This document shows positions 1 to 7,947 of a DNA stretch of 64,000 bases, piece by piece; positions within the stretch are counted from its first letter, which is position 1, and every line of letters starts with the position of its first letter. The DNA is taken from assembly GCA_050945315.1 (NCBI GenBank), contig JBMNSS010000001.1:1620-65619 (forward strand). Reading direction: 5' to 3'. The position numbers were made by a program, and so were the translations under genes. The stretch is from Limnochordia bacterium. GTDB taxonomy: Bacteria > Bacillota > Limnochordia > DTU080. The notes under the pieces were generated by a model, which was not told the origin of the DNA, ran no database searches, and saw only the letters and a program-made list of their open reading frames with translations.

Positions 1-765
1 TTGTGTACGGGAGAGAATCCGGTTCTCGATCAGAGGGAGGACCGCGCCTGGGCTGAGCAGTTCGGCCACACGATCGTCCCTCCTAAGTCAGCTATCGTGG
101 CTTTACAGACGGAAGAGGATTGGCCCGCACGGGTGGCAGGTGCAGTATTGCGAGGGGTTGAGGTTATCGTCAGGGCTGCCGGTAAAGAGGTGACTCGATA
201 CAAAGAGGATGTGCTCTTCACGGATCTGGGCCTTGCCGGCCCCGCCATCCTCAAGATCGGAGAACAGGCTGTCGCCGCCCAAAACGGTTGCCCCGAACAG
301 GTGGTTATCGCCGTCCGTACGGATTCAGATCTGCAGGCAGATGACTGGGAGGCACGCTTGCAGATGGCCTTACGGGAGCACCCCCGGCAACTGCTCAAGA
401 GCCTCGTGGCGAGATGGTGGCCCGTATCTTTAGCTGAAGTACTTTTAGAGGTTCATTCCATCCCTCCAGAAGTCATGGCCAATCAGGTCACCAAAGCACA
501 TCGCCGCCAGACCGCTGAAATCCTTGATGAGTTTCAACTGCATCTGAAGAAAGATCCGGCACCGGAAACCGCTATGGTAACCACAGGTGGAGTCGATGTT
601 TCAGAAGTTGATCCCCATTCAATGCGGTCATTGAAGGCGAGCGGGCTTTATATCGCCGGCGAATTGCTGGACATAGATGGCGTAAACGAAGGCTACACAC
701 TTCAAGCCGCCTATTCCACCGGGTATGTGGCAGGTTGGGCCGCTGCCACTGATCCAGACGAATGA
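1..765 (+). CDS. HI0933/BaiN-family NAD(FAD)-utilizing flavoprotein, C-terminal part (5' end lies outside window)
   Basis: ORF runs from the window edge with no real start codon. C-terminal block TTGGVDVSEVDPHSMRSLKASGLYIAGELLDIDGVNEGYTLQAAYSTGYVAG is characteristic of the HI0933-like flavoprotein family. Confidence 0.7.
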   Translation: MCTGENPVLDQREDRAWAEQFGHTIVPPKSAIVALQTEEDWPARVAGAVLRGVEVIVRAAGKEVTRYKEDVLFTDLGLAGPAILKIGEQAVAAQNGCPEQVVIAVRTDSDLQADDWEARLQMALREHPRQLLKSLVARWWPVSLAEVLLEVHSIPPEVMANQVTKAHRRQTAEILDEFQLHLKKDPAPETAMVTTGGVDVSEVDPHSMRSLKASGLYIAGELLDIDGVNEGYTLQAAYSTGYVAGWAAATDPDE

Positions 766-780
766 TTCAGCGCAAACCGT

Positions 781-809
781 GCAGGGCCCCTATACCATTC
801 CGGCCCTGC
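781..809. terminator. GC-rich hairpin between convergent genes (possible bidirectional terminator, no clear U-tract)
   Basis: gcagggcc-13 nt loop-ggccctgc inverted repeat, sitting between the stop at 765 (+) and the stop at 820 (-). Confidence 0.35.
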
Positions 810-819
810 GCGTTGCTCA

Positions 820-1260
820 TCATCCTCTGATCTCCTTGGCGGCTTGGCGGGCCAGGGCATCACAGCGATTGTTCAATTCATCGTCTGCATGACCGGTCAC
901 TTTGATCCATGTGATGCTATGTTTCTCTGCTACGTCAAGCAGAGCCTTCCACAAATCCTGGTTCTCCACCGGGCTGCCGTTGGCAGTTCGCCACCCGTTT
1001 CTGCGCCACTTATCAAGCCATCCCTGTCGGAAAGCATTGATCAAATACGCACTGTCACTGTGCAACCGCACGCTGCACGACCATTTCAGCGCCTGTAGGG
1101 CCTTGAGTGCTGCGGTCAACTCCATGCGCTGGTTGGTCGAACGGGGCTCGTTGCCTACGATCTCTTTCGTGTGTTCTCCGCTGGAGAGAATGGCGGCCCA
1201 CCCTCCGGGCCCCGGATTGCCCAAACAGGCACCGTCTGTGTATATCACGACTTCGGTCAT
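820..1260 (-). CDS. rnhA: ribonuclease HI
   Basis: 146 aa. MTEVVIYTDGACLGNPGPGGWAAIL...TNQRMELTAALKAL...VTGHADDELNNRCDALA carries the canonical RNase H D/E/D/D catalytic motifs. Confidence 0.9.
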   Translation of the reverse strand: MTEVVIYTDGACLGNPGPGGWAAILSSGEHTKEIVGNEPRSTNQRMELTAALKALQALKWSCSVRLHSDSAYLINAFRQGWLDKWRRNGWRTANGSPVENQDLWKALLDVAEKHSITWIKVTGHADDELNNRCDALARQAAKEIRG

Positions 1261-1437
1261 TCATTAGTCCCCCCACTGTTCAAATCAGGTCGGTCTTTGA
1301 TTCTTGTTTCCTATTGCCAATGCCGGTTCCTTGTTGATCACAGCAAGCCCGCACGAATATGAGCGAGGATATTTAGCTCTCCGGGCGAAAGACTTATAGC
1401 AAGAAGGCACACGCGTTAATGAAAGGGGCACCCTGCC

Positions 1438-2931
1438 TTGCAGATTCACACGGTTTCTGACATAGATCTGGGCACAACCCAGGGTCAACGTACCTACCAA
1501 AGGACGGTTTTCTTACTTCTTTGGCTGGCTACCCGTCGGAGCATTCCCAACAGCTCCCTGTCCATTGAACACTCACTAAGCAATGGTGTCTACTGTGAGA
1601 TTCATGGTGACAAGCCTCTGACACCCCGAGATGTCTCGCTGGTAGAGCGCGACATGCGAGAGCTCGTCTCGGCCGCTCTTCCCATCACGGTTGTGGAATG
1701 CACGCCTGCTGAGGCTGTCAAGCTGCTTACTGCCAGCGATCAGCTGTCAGCGGCTGAACTCATGGCACAGCTTGATAGACCGGTGGTGTCTCTGGTACAT
1801 TGTGATGGAGTCTACAACTACTGCGACGGGCCTGTATTGTCCAATACTTCCCTTGTTCAGCATTTTAGCCTGCACTTCTATCTGCCTGGATTGATCGTGC
1901 AGATACCCGACGATCACACTGGACGTATCCCACAGTACAAGGAGCAACCAAAACTGGCCAGTGTCTTACGAGAATCGGAGCGCTGGGCCTCCATCTTGGA
2001 TGTGGATGATGTTGCAGCCTTGAACCGCGTGATCGAGGCGGGTGATGCGGGGGATCTCATCAGGGTTTCAGAAGCATTGCACGAGAAAAGAATAGCCGGT
2101 ATTGCAGACATGATCGCTCAGAATCCGGAGATACGTCTGATCACCATCGCCGGCCCGTCATCATCGGGGAAGACAACCTTTGCTCAGCGTCTGAAAATCC
2201 AACTCCGGGTAAACGGCCTCCATCCGATTACCATTTCCTTGGATGATTACTTTCTTAAGCGTTCTGAGACCCCCCTTGGCGATGACGGCAAGCCCGATTT
2301 CGAAAGCATCGAGGCTCTTGATCTCCCTTTGTTAGGTGATCATCTCAGCAGACTCGTGCAGGGTGATACTGTTGATGTGCCGATCTTTGATTTTCACACG
2401 GGTCAGCGTATGGCTGAGACCCGGAGGATGAGATCTGCTGCGGATCAACCGATCATCATCGAGGGCATCCATGGACTCAACGAACGTCTTACCTCCTCGA
2501 TCCCCAAAGGGAACAAGTTTAAGATCTATATCAGTGCGCTCACACAGCTCAATGTACACGATCAGGTACGCATACATACTACAGATGCCCGTCTCATAAG
2601 ACGTATGGTTCGCGATGCTCAGTTCCGCTCCCATCCGCCGGAGAAAACCCTGAGCATCTGGCCGCGCGTCAGAAACGGTGAAAAACGCTACATCTTCCCC
2701 TTCCAGGAAGAGGCTGATGTGATGTTCAACTCGGCTTTGGTATACGAGCTGGCGGTATTACGTACGTGCGCAGATCCACTGCTGCGGGCCATACCAACTG
2801 AGTCACCTGTGTCCGAATTGGCGAATCAGCTTCTGTGGCTCCTGGAACACTTCACGCCCTTGAGTGCTGACGAGATTCCCGCCAACTCTATCCTGCGCGA
2901 GTTCATCGGGCAGAGCTGTTTTACCGTGTAG
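1438..2931 (+). CDS. PRK/uridine-kinase family nucleoside kinase with N-terminal ThrRS-like (TGS/SAD-type) extension
   Basis: Walker A IAGPSSSGKTTFAQRL with a PRK-family core follows a ~200-aa N-terminal domain. A TTG start at 1438 is preceded by AAGGGG; the exact start is uncertain. Confidence 0.6.
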   Translation: MQIHTVSDIDLGTTQGQRTYQRTVFLLLWLATRRSIPNSSLSIEHSLSNGVYCEIHGDKPLTPRDVSLVERDMRELVSAALPITVVECTPAEAVKLLTASDQLSAAELMAQLDRPVVSLVHCDGVYNYCDGPVLSNTSLVQHFSLHFYLPGLIVQIPDDHTGRIPQYKEQPKLASVLRESERWASILDVDDVAALNRVIEAGDAGDLIRVSEALHEKRIAGIADMIAQNPEIRLITIAGPSSSGKTTFAQRLKIQLRVNGLHPITISLDDYFLKRSETPLGDDGKPDFESIEALDLPLLGDHLSRLVQGDTVDVPIFDFHTGQRMAETRRMRSAADQPIIIEGIHGLNERLTSSIPKGNKFKIYISALTQLNVHDQVRIHTTDARLIRRMVRDAQFRSHPPEKTLSIWPRVRNGEKRYIFPFQEEADVMFNSALVYELAVLRTCADPLLRAIPTESPVSELANQLLWLLEHFTPLSADEIPANSILREFIGQSCFTV

Positions 2932-2982
2932 ATGGGATCCCGGCTTTTCGTGTTTGTGAGTGAGCATGGTGGCAATCGGGTA

Positions 2983-3022
2983 GGATGACGCGCCATGGTC
3001 AGGTTAGCGTCATCCCTTTTTT
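2983..3022 (+). terminator. rho-independent terminator of the kinase gene
   Basis: ggatgacgc-15 nt loop-gcgtcatcc perfect 9-bp stem followed by TTTTTT (3017-3022), ~50 nt after the stop at 2931. Confidence 0.65.
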
Positions 3023-3083
3023 GGTGCGCACGGCATGGCGCATCTATAAGTCCCCAGTAAACGCGCTATGCCGGGCGCACCAA

Positions 3084-3116
3084 CGCAAAAGCGGGCGAGT
3101 CAGCAGACCCACCCGC
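3084..3116 (-). terminator. probable terminator of the hydrogenase operon (minus strand)
   Basis: On the minus strand, gcgggug-loop-cgcccgc (one G-U pair) is followed by UUUU, located 16-48 nt past the hydA stop at 3132. Confidence 0.45.
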
Positions 3117-3131
3117 TTGATCGATGTTTTC

Positions 3132-4898
3132 TTATCCAACTCGCGGAGGCATCAGAACGTAACTACGGTCTTTGTACTCCCGGTGCAAGAGGCGATGAGC
3201 TTCGGCAGAGTTGGGCTCCCCAAGACACTTCTCGTATAGCATCTTGATTTCCGGGTTCTCGTGCGAACGCCGTCGCGGCAGGTTCTTGTCAATCATATAG
3301 AGACTGTTCATCAGTCGATCCAGTGGCCACCCCTCGCCATAGGGCTGCCCGCCGCCGTTGATACAGCCTCCCGGACAAGCCATGACCTCGACCAGATGGT
3401 ACTCCTCCCAACCACCTTGGGCGAAGAAATTGCGAACGTTACGTAATCCGCTCAGCACCGCCACCTTGATCGTGATTCCGGCCACATCAACTTCGGTAGT
3501 CTTCACACCTTCCAGACCCCGAACCTCTTGGAAATCGGGATCGGCCAGTTCCTCATCTGTCACCATTTTATAGGCCGTACGCAATGCAGCCTCCGCCACA
3601 CCGCCGCTGGCTCCGAAGATTACCGCGGCCCCCGTGTAATCTCCGAGCACTCGATCGAATGGCATGGGTTCCAAGCTGGCCAAGTCGATGTACTCACGTT
3701 TGAACATCCGAATGAGTTCGCGGGTGGTCAGCACCACATTGACATCCCCGGGCGATACCTCGTTCAACTCCCATTTCTTGGCTGTACAGGGCATGAAAGA
3801 GACGACGAAAGAGTCTTTCTTGCTGGCACCTGAAGCATGCGCATACTCAGAGCGTAACAGAGCGCCCATCATCATCTGCGGAGACTTACAGGTCGAAAGG
3901 TGCTGAACCCGATCCGGATAGTACTCTTCCGCGAACTTAATCCATGCCGGGCAGCAGGAGGTCACCAGTGGGAAGGGGCCTCCGCTTTTTACTCGGCCGA
4001 CAAACTCTGCTGCCTCCTCCAGAATCGTGAGGTCAGCAGTGAAGTTCGTGTCAAAGACCTTGTCGAAACCGAGTCTCTTCAGTCCGGCTACCAGCTGTCC
4101 TTCGAAGTTCGTGCCAGGATCCATGCCGAAAGCTTGGGCTACACTGACTCGAACCGCCGGAGCTATCTGAGCCACTACATGTCTGTCCGGATCGGCCAAC
4201 GCGTCGTAAACCAGACAGGTGTCATCGCGCTCTACAAGGGCGGCCGTGGGGCAAACCCGCGTGCACTGTCCGCAATTCACACACTCAGACTCGCCTACTC
4301 CGGTGCCGAAAGCCACACCGATAACGGTTTCAAAGCCACGCTTTAGAGGCGTAATAGCGGCTACTGACTGCATGTCGTCACACACAGAGACGCAACGCTG
4401 GCACAACACACACTTCTCTGCGTCACGCACCAAGGAGAAGCTTGTTTCATCGCATTTTGCCAGTTGTCGTTGACCCCGGTAGCGGCGGTCGACACCGTAT
4501 TCGGCAGCCAGATCCTGCAGTTCGCATTCACCGTTGCGCTGACAGTAGAGACAATCTTCCGGATGATTGGCCAGAATCAGCTCCAAGACTACTTTGCGGG
4601 CCTGACGAATTCTGGGTGTCTGAGTGCGAACAACCATTCCCTCTGACACCGGTTGTGTACAAGAGGCCACCAGAGTGCGGCTGCCTTCTACTTCAACCAC
4701 ACACAGACGACAGGCACCGACTTCACGCAGGCCGTCCCAGTGACATAACGTCGGTACCGACACACCCGCTTCACGCAAGGCATACAACAGACTTTGATTG
4801 GCGTCTACCTCTACATCGCGTCCATCGACATTGATTGTCACCGGTTTTCGTTGTGTCACTTGATCAGTCACCGTGGTCCCGTTTCGAACCAGTTCCAT
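3132..4898 (-). CDS. hydA: [FeFe]-hydrogenase catalytic (large) subunit with N-terminal 2Fe-2S and 4Fe-4S ferredoxin-like domains
   Basis: H-cluster signatures TSCCPAW, FMPCTAKKWE and VEVMACPGGCINGGGQP, plus N-terminal Cys clusters. The start is moved to Met4 (MELV), which sits 9 nt after the GGGGAGG Shine-Dalgarno. Confidence 0.9.
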   Translation of the reverse strand: MELVRNGTTVTDQVTQRKPVTINVDGRDVEVDANQSLLYALREAGVSVPTLCHWDGLREVGACRLCVVEVEGSRTLVASCTQPVSEGMVVRTQTPRIRQARKVVLELILANHPEDCLYCQRNGECELQDLAAEYGVDRRYRGQRQLAKCDETSFSLVRDAEKCVLCQRCVSVCDDMQSVAAITPLKRGFETVIGVAFGTGVGESECVNCGQCTRVCPTAALVERDDTCLVYDALADPDRHVVAQIAPAVRVSVAQAFGMDPGTNFEGQLVAGLKRLGFDKVFDTNFTADLTILEEAAEFVGRVKSGGPFPLVTSCCPAWIKFAEEYYPDRVQHLSTCKSPQMMMGALLRSEYAHASGASKKDSFVVSFMPCTAKKWELNEVSPGDVNVVLTTRELIRMFKREYIDLASLEPMPFDRVLGDYTGAAVIFGASGGVAEAALRTAYKMVTDEELADPDFQEVRGLEGVKTTEVDVAGITIKVAVLSGLRNVRNFFAQGGWEEYHLVEVMACPGGCINGGGQPYGEGWPLDRLMNSLYMIDKNLPRRRSHENPEIKMLYEKCLGEPNSAEAHRLLHREYKDRSYVLMPPRVG

Positions 4899-4956
4899 AA
4901 AAGGCATCCTCCCCAGACCTGAAGATCACCCTAAACCCTGGTTTTTTCAACTCACG

Positions 4957-6900
4957 TCAGCCGGCGAGAGTTGTCTGAATACTACGACCCGTGATCGCAC
5001 CAAAGCTACAGACATCAGCACAATTGCCGCACCGGACACAAAGCTCTTGATCGATCACGTGTGGTTGACGTCTTTCGCCGCTGATGGCATCCGACGGACA
5101 CTCGCTCTTGCAGAGGCCGCAGCCGGTGCACTTCTCCGCGTCAATCACGTACGTCAGGAATTGTTTACATTGAGCGGCGGGACATATCTGATCGAGCAAG
5201 TGGGCTCGGTATTCATTCTCGAAGTGCTGCAGAGTCGATAGCACCGGATTCGGGGCCGTCTGACCCAGACCGCAGGCCGAGGTGTCTTTGATCACAGCCG
5301 CCAGTTCACGCAAAGCAGCCAAGAATCCCTCCGGATCAAAGGGTTCGTCCATGCCCAGCATGACTCGGATTTCAGTGGGAATATTCTCCGCTTCGGCATC
5401 GATCACGCGCTGGGGTGTGATAACCCGCTCAAGCATCTCATAAAGCCTTGTTGTCCCTTCTCTGCAGGGAGTGCATCGCCCACAAGACTCCGATTTTACG
5501 AAGCTCAAAAAGAACCGAGCGACCTCCACCATGCAGGTCTGGTCGTCCATAACCACAAGACCGCCTGAGCCCATCATCGCTCCGACCTTCAGCAAGGAGT
5601 CGTAATCGATGGGAGTGTCCAGGAGTCTGGCAGGTATACATCCACCGGAGGGGCCGCCTATTTGTGCCGCCTTGAATTCACGATTGTTGGCTACGCCGCC
5701 GCCCAGGTCATAGACGATCTCTCTCAAAGTAATCCCCATCGGTACTTCGATCAGGCCGCTGTTTTTCACTTTACCTGTCAATGAGAAGACCTTCGTCCCT
5801 TTGCTGCGCTCCGTGCCCACACCGGCAAACCATTCAGGCCCACGCGCAATGATATCCGGGACATTGGCCAAGGTCTCGACGTTGTTGATCAGTGTAGGGA
5901 ATCCCCAAAGCCCTTTGGACGACGGGAACGGTGGTTTGGGGCGGGGAATGCCTCGTTGGCCTTCGACGGAAGCCAGGAGTGCTGTCTCTTCGCCACAGAC
6001 GAACGCTCCGGCACCCATCTTAAGTTCAATGCTAAAGCTGAAGCCTGAACCCATGATGTTCTCGCCCAGGTAGCCGGCATTCTTCATCTGCTCAATGGCA
6101 TTCTTCAGTCTGGCGATCGCCAAGGGGTATTCGGCCCGGACGTATAGGTAGCCCTTTTGAGCCCCGATCGCATAGCCGGCAAGCAGCATGCCTTCCAAGA
6201 CGCGATGCGGATCTCCCTCCAGAAGACTGCGGTCCATGAACGCTCCCGGGTCGCCCTCATCGGCATTGCAGACAACGTATTTCTTCTCAGCTTTTTCCGC
6301 TGCAGTGAACTGCCACTTAAGGCCGGTGGGAAAACCTGCTCCGCCGCGTCCACGCAGTTGCGAGGCTTTCAACTGATCAATGACCCATTGCGTAGAATTC
6401 CCGACTGCCTTACGCAGGGCTTCATAGCCGCCCTCGGCAACGTATTCCTCCATGCTTTCAGGATCAATCCTGCCGCAATTGGCTAAGACACGCCGGCACT
6501 GCTTTGACAGAAAGGGCAGCTCCTCCATTGGAGGCACGGGCATTTGCTTGGCTTGTGCCTTGGGTTCGGGTTCGATCAAAGCCGTCATAGGCTCTTCTCC
6601 CAAAGCAGTTCCCAACAACATCTCGCCGGGAATGATCCCCTGACCCACATAGGAATCGATAATACGTATGAGGCCTTTCTTATCTACATTGCCGAAGGAC
6701 ACCCGGGAGAGTCCGGGAAGACGTACGTCCAGGATCGGTTCGCGTTCACAATAGCCCATGCATCCGACTGTCTTGACTTCAGCGTCCAGTCCACGACTCA
6801 CTATTTCAACCTGAAGTTGTTTGAGAATCTCATCCGCACCGGCAGCCAAGCCGCAGGTGCCCGCTCCGACATAGAAGACAATGCGACTCCCCTTTGACAT
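4957..6900 (-). CDS. hydB: NuoF-like flavoprotein subunit (FMN/NAD(P)H, 4Fe-4S) of multimeric [FeFe] hydrogenase
   Basis: GRGGAGFPTGLKW NADH/FMN-binding motif; N-terminal thioredoxin-like 2Fe-2S domain; C-terminal 2x CxxCxxCxxxCP ferredoxin. The ATG overlaps the hydC stop (TAATG). Confidence 0.9.
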   Translation of the reverse strand: MSKGSRIVFYVGAGTCGLAAGADEILKQLQVEIVSRGLDAEVKTVGCMGYCEREPILDVRLPGLSRVSFGNVDKKGLIRIIDSYVGQGIIPGEMLLGTALGEEPMTALIEPEPKAQAKQMPVPPMEELPFLSKQCRRVLANCGRIDPESMEEYVAEGGYEALRKAVGNSTQWVIDQLKASQLRGRGGAGFPTGLKWQFTAAEKAEKKYVVCNADEGDPGAFMDRSLLEGDPHRVLEGMLLAGYAIGAQKGYLYVRAEYPLAIARLKNAIEQMKNAGYLGENIMGSGFSFSIELKMGAGAFVCGEETALLASVEGQRGIPRPKPPFPSSKGLWGFPTLINNVETLANVPDIIARGPEWFAGVGTERSKGTKVFSLTGKVKNSGLIEVPMGITLREIVYDLGGGVANNREFKAAQIGGPSGGCIPARLLDTPIDYDSLLKVGAMMGSGGLVVMDDQTCMVEVARFFLSFVKSESCGRCTPCREGTTRLYEMLERVITPQRVIDAEAENIPTEIRVMLGMDEPFDPEGFLAALRELAAVIKDTSACGLGQTAPNPVLSTLQHFENEYRAHLLDQICPAAQCKQFLTYVIDAEKCTGCGLCKSECPSDAISGERRQPHVIDQELCVRCGNCADVCSFGAITGRSIQTTLAG

Positions 6901-7352
6901 TATCGCCGCCTCCGATACGAGTTAAGAATGCGTCTCAGCTCTTTGGGTGTGACTCGACCATGTACAGTATCATCGATGACAATGGCTGGGGCCATGCTGC
7001 AGGCTCCCAGACAAGCAACTACCTCAAGAGAGAACAAGCCGTCTTCGGTGGACTCACCTGGTTTTACGTTCAACTCGGTTTGGATGCGTTCGAGGAGATT
7101 GCCGGCGCCTTTGACGTGGCAGGCCGTGCCGTCACAGACCTTGATAGTGTGTTTTCCGGGGGGGCGAAGGTGGAAATGGTTGTAGAACGTGGCTACACCC
7201 ATGACCTGTGCAGGCGACAACCCCGTCTCAGCGGCCACCTCGGCGATGCGTTCGGCGGGTAGATAACCTTCCTCCTCTTGAATAGAGTGCAACTTTTCAA
7301 TAAGAGGTGCTCGCCGTTCAGCAGCCTTCATATCCAATTGGATATTCATCAT
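6900..7352 (-). CDS. hydC: NuoE-like 2Fe-2S subunit of multimeric [FeFe] hydrogenase
   Basis: 150 aa. CDGTACHVKGAGNLLERI...VVACLGACSMAPAIVIDD is the NuoE/24-kDa-family 2Fe-2S motif; a GAGGAGG Shine-Dalgarno precedes the start. Confidence 0.85.
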   Translation of the reverse strand: MMNIQLDMKAAERRAPLIEKLHSIQEEEGYLPAERIAEVAAETGLSPAQVMGVATFYNHFHLRPPGKHTIKVCDGTACHVKGAGNLLERIQTELNVKPGESTEDGLFSLEVVACLGACSMAPAIVIDDTVHGRVTPKELRRILNSYRRRR

Positions 7353-7409
7353 TTGGCCTCCTCAACTCTGTCTTTGTGATCTTTTTCACAATTCGATACC
7401 GCGATAAAG

Positions 7410-7440
7410 CCCCGCGCCTCACCGATGAGCGTTCGCGGGG
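7410..7440 (-). promoter_or_regulatory. hairpin in the 150-nt spacer upstream of hydC (terminator of the upstream gene or leader/attenuator)
   Basis: ccccgcg-17 nt-cgcgggg inverted repeat. On the minus strand it is followed by UUUAUCG, 66 nt after the stop of the Zn-ribbon ORF and ~60 nt before the hydC start. Confidence 0.3.
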
Positions 7441-7505
7441 ACTGCTGCCGCCGAAGGTATTTCGCTGTCCTTTCTTTGCCGATAGGTATAATGCGTCCCG
7501 GCATC

Positions 7506-7874
7506 TCATTCAGCATGATGTCGGCCTGGCTCTGTCACCGAACACACCATCATGTGAACAACCTTCCGCAATACCCAATCCAGCTGTTCCAGAAACCCCT
7601 GATCTGTAGGCTCTGTCTCGTCAAGCTGTGCTAAGACGGCCTCGATACACCTTTGCATAGTACTAAAGTGTCTATTCTCCGCCAGTGGTGATTCTTCCTG
7701 TAAAAGACCAGCATCTATTTCCTCTTCATGTGCGAGATCTCTGTCCGCGGAGTACGCTGGCCAGGGGCCCGGTCCGTGTCGGGCTCGCATTCTCTCCTTC
7801 CATAGCCTGTAACAGTCCGGGCAGAGCCCCGGTACCGGAAACCGATTCTCACGATGGCAATGTGGACACTTCAT
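7506..7874 (-). CDS. hypothetical Zn-ribbon protein
   Basis: 122 aa. N-terminal CPHC-x12-CPDC; GGAGG Shine-Dalgarno 7 nt before the ATG; no recognisable family. Confidence 0.5.
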   Translation of the reverse strand: MKCPHCHRENRFPVPGLCPDCYRLWKERMRARHGPGPWPAYSADRDLAHEEEIDAGLLQEESPLAENRHFSTMQRCIEAVLAQLDETEPTDQGFLEQLDWVLRKVVHMMVCSVTEPGRHHAE

Positions 7875-7947
7875 GTCCCTACCTCCACCGCTCCTTCTTG
7901 TATCTTACTCTCACGACATATCATATGCGCCTGCCTGCCCTGACTGG

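Noticed and set aside
2985-3239. 84-aa plus-strand ORF after the kinase gene
   Set aside because: It starts inside the terminator hairpin of the kinase gene and runs antisense into the 3' end of hydA, with no ribosome-binding site.
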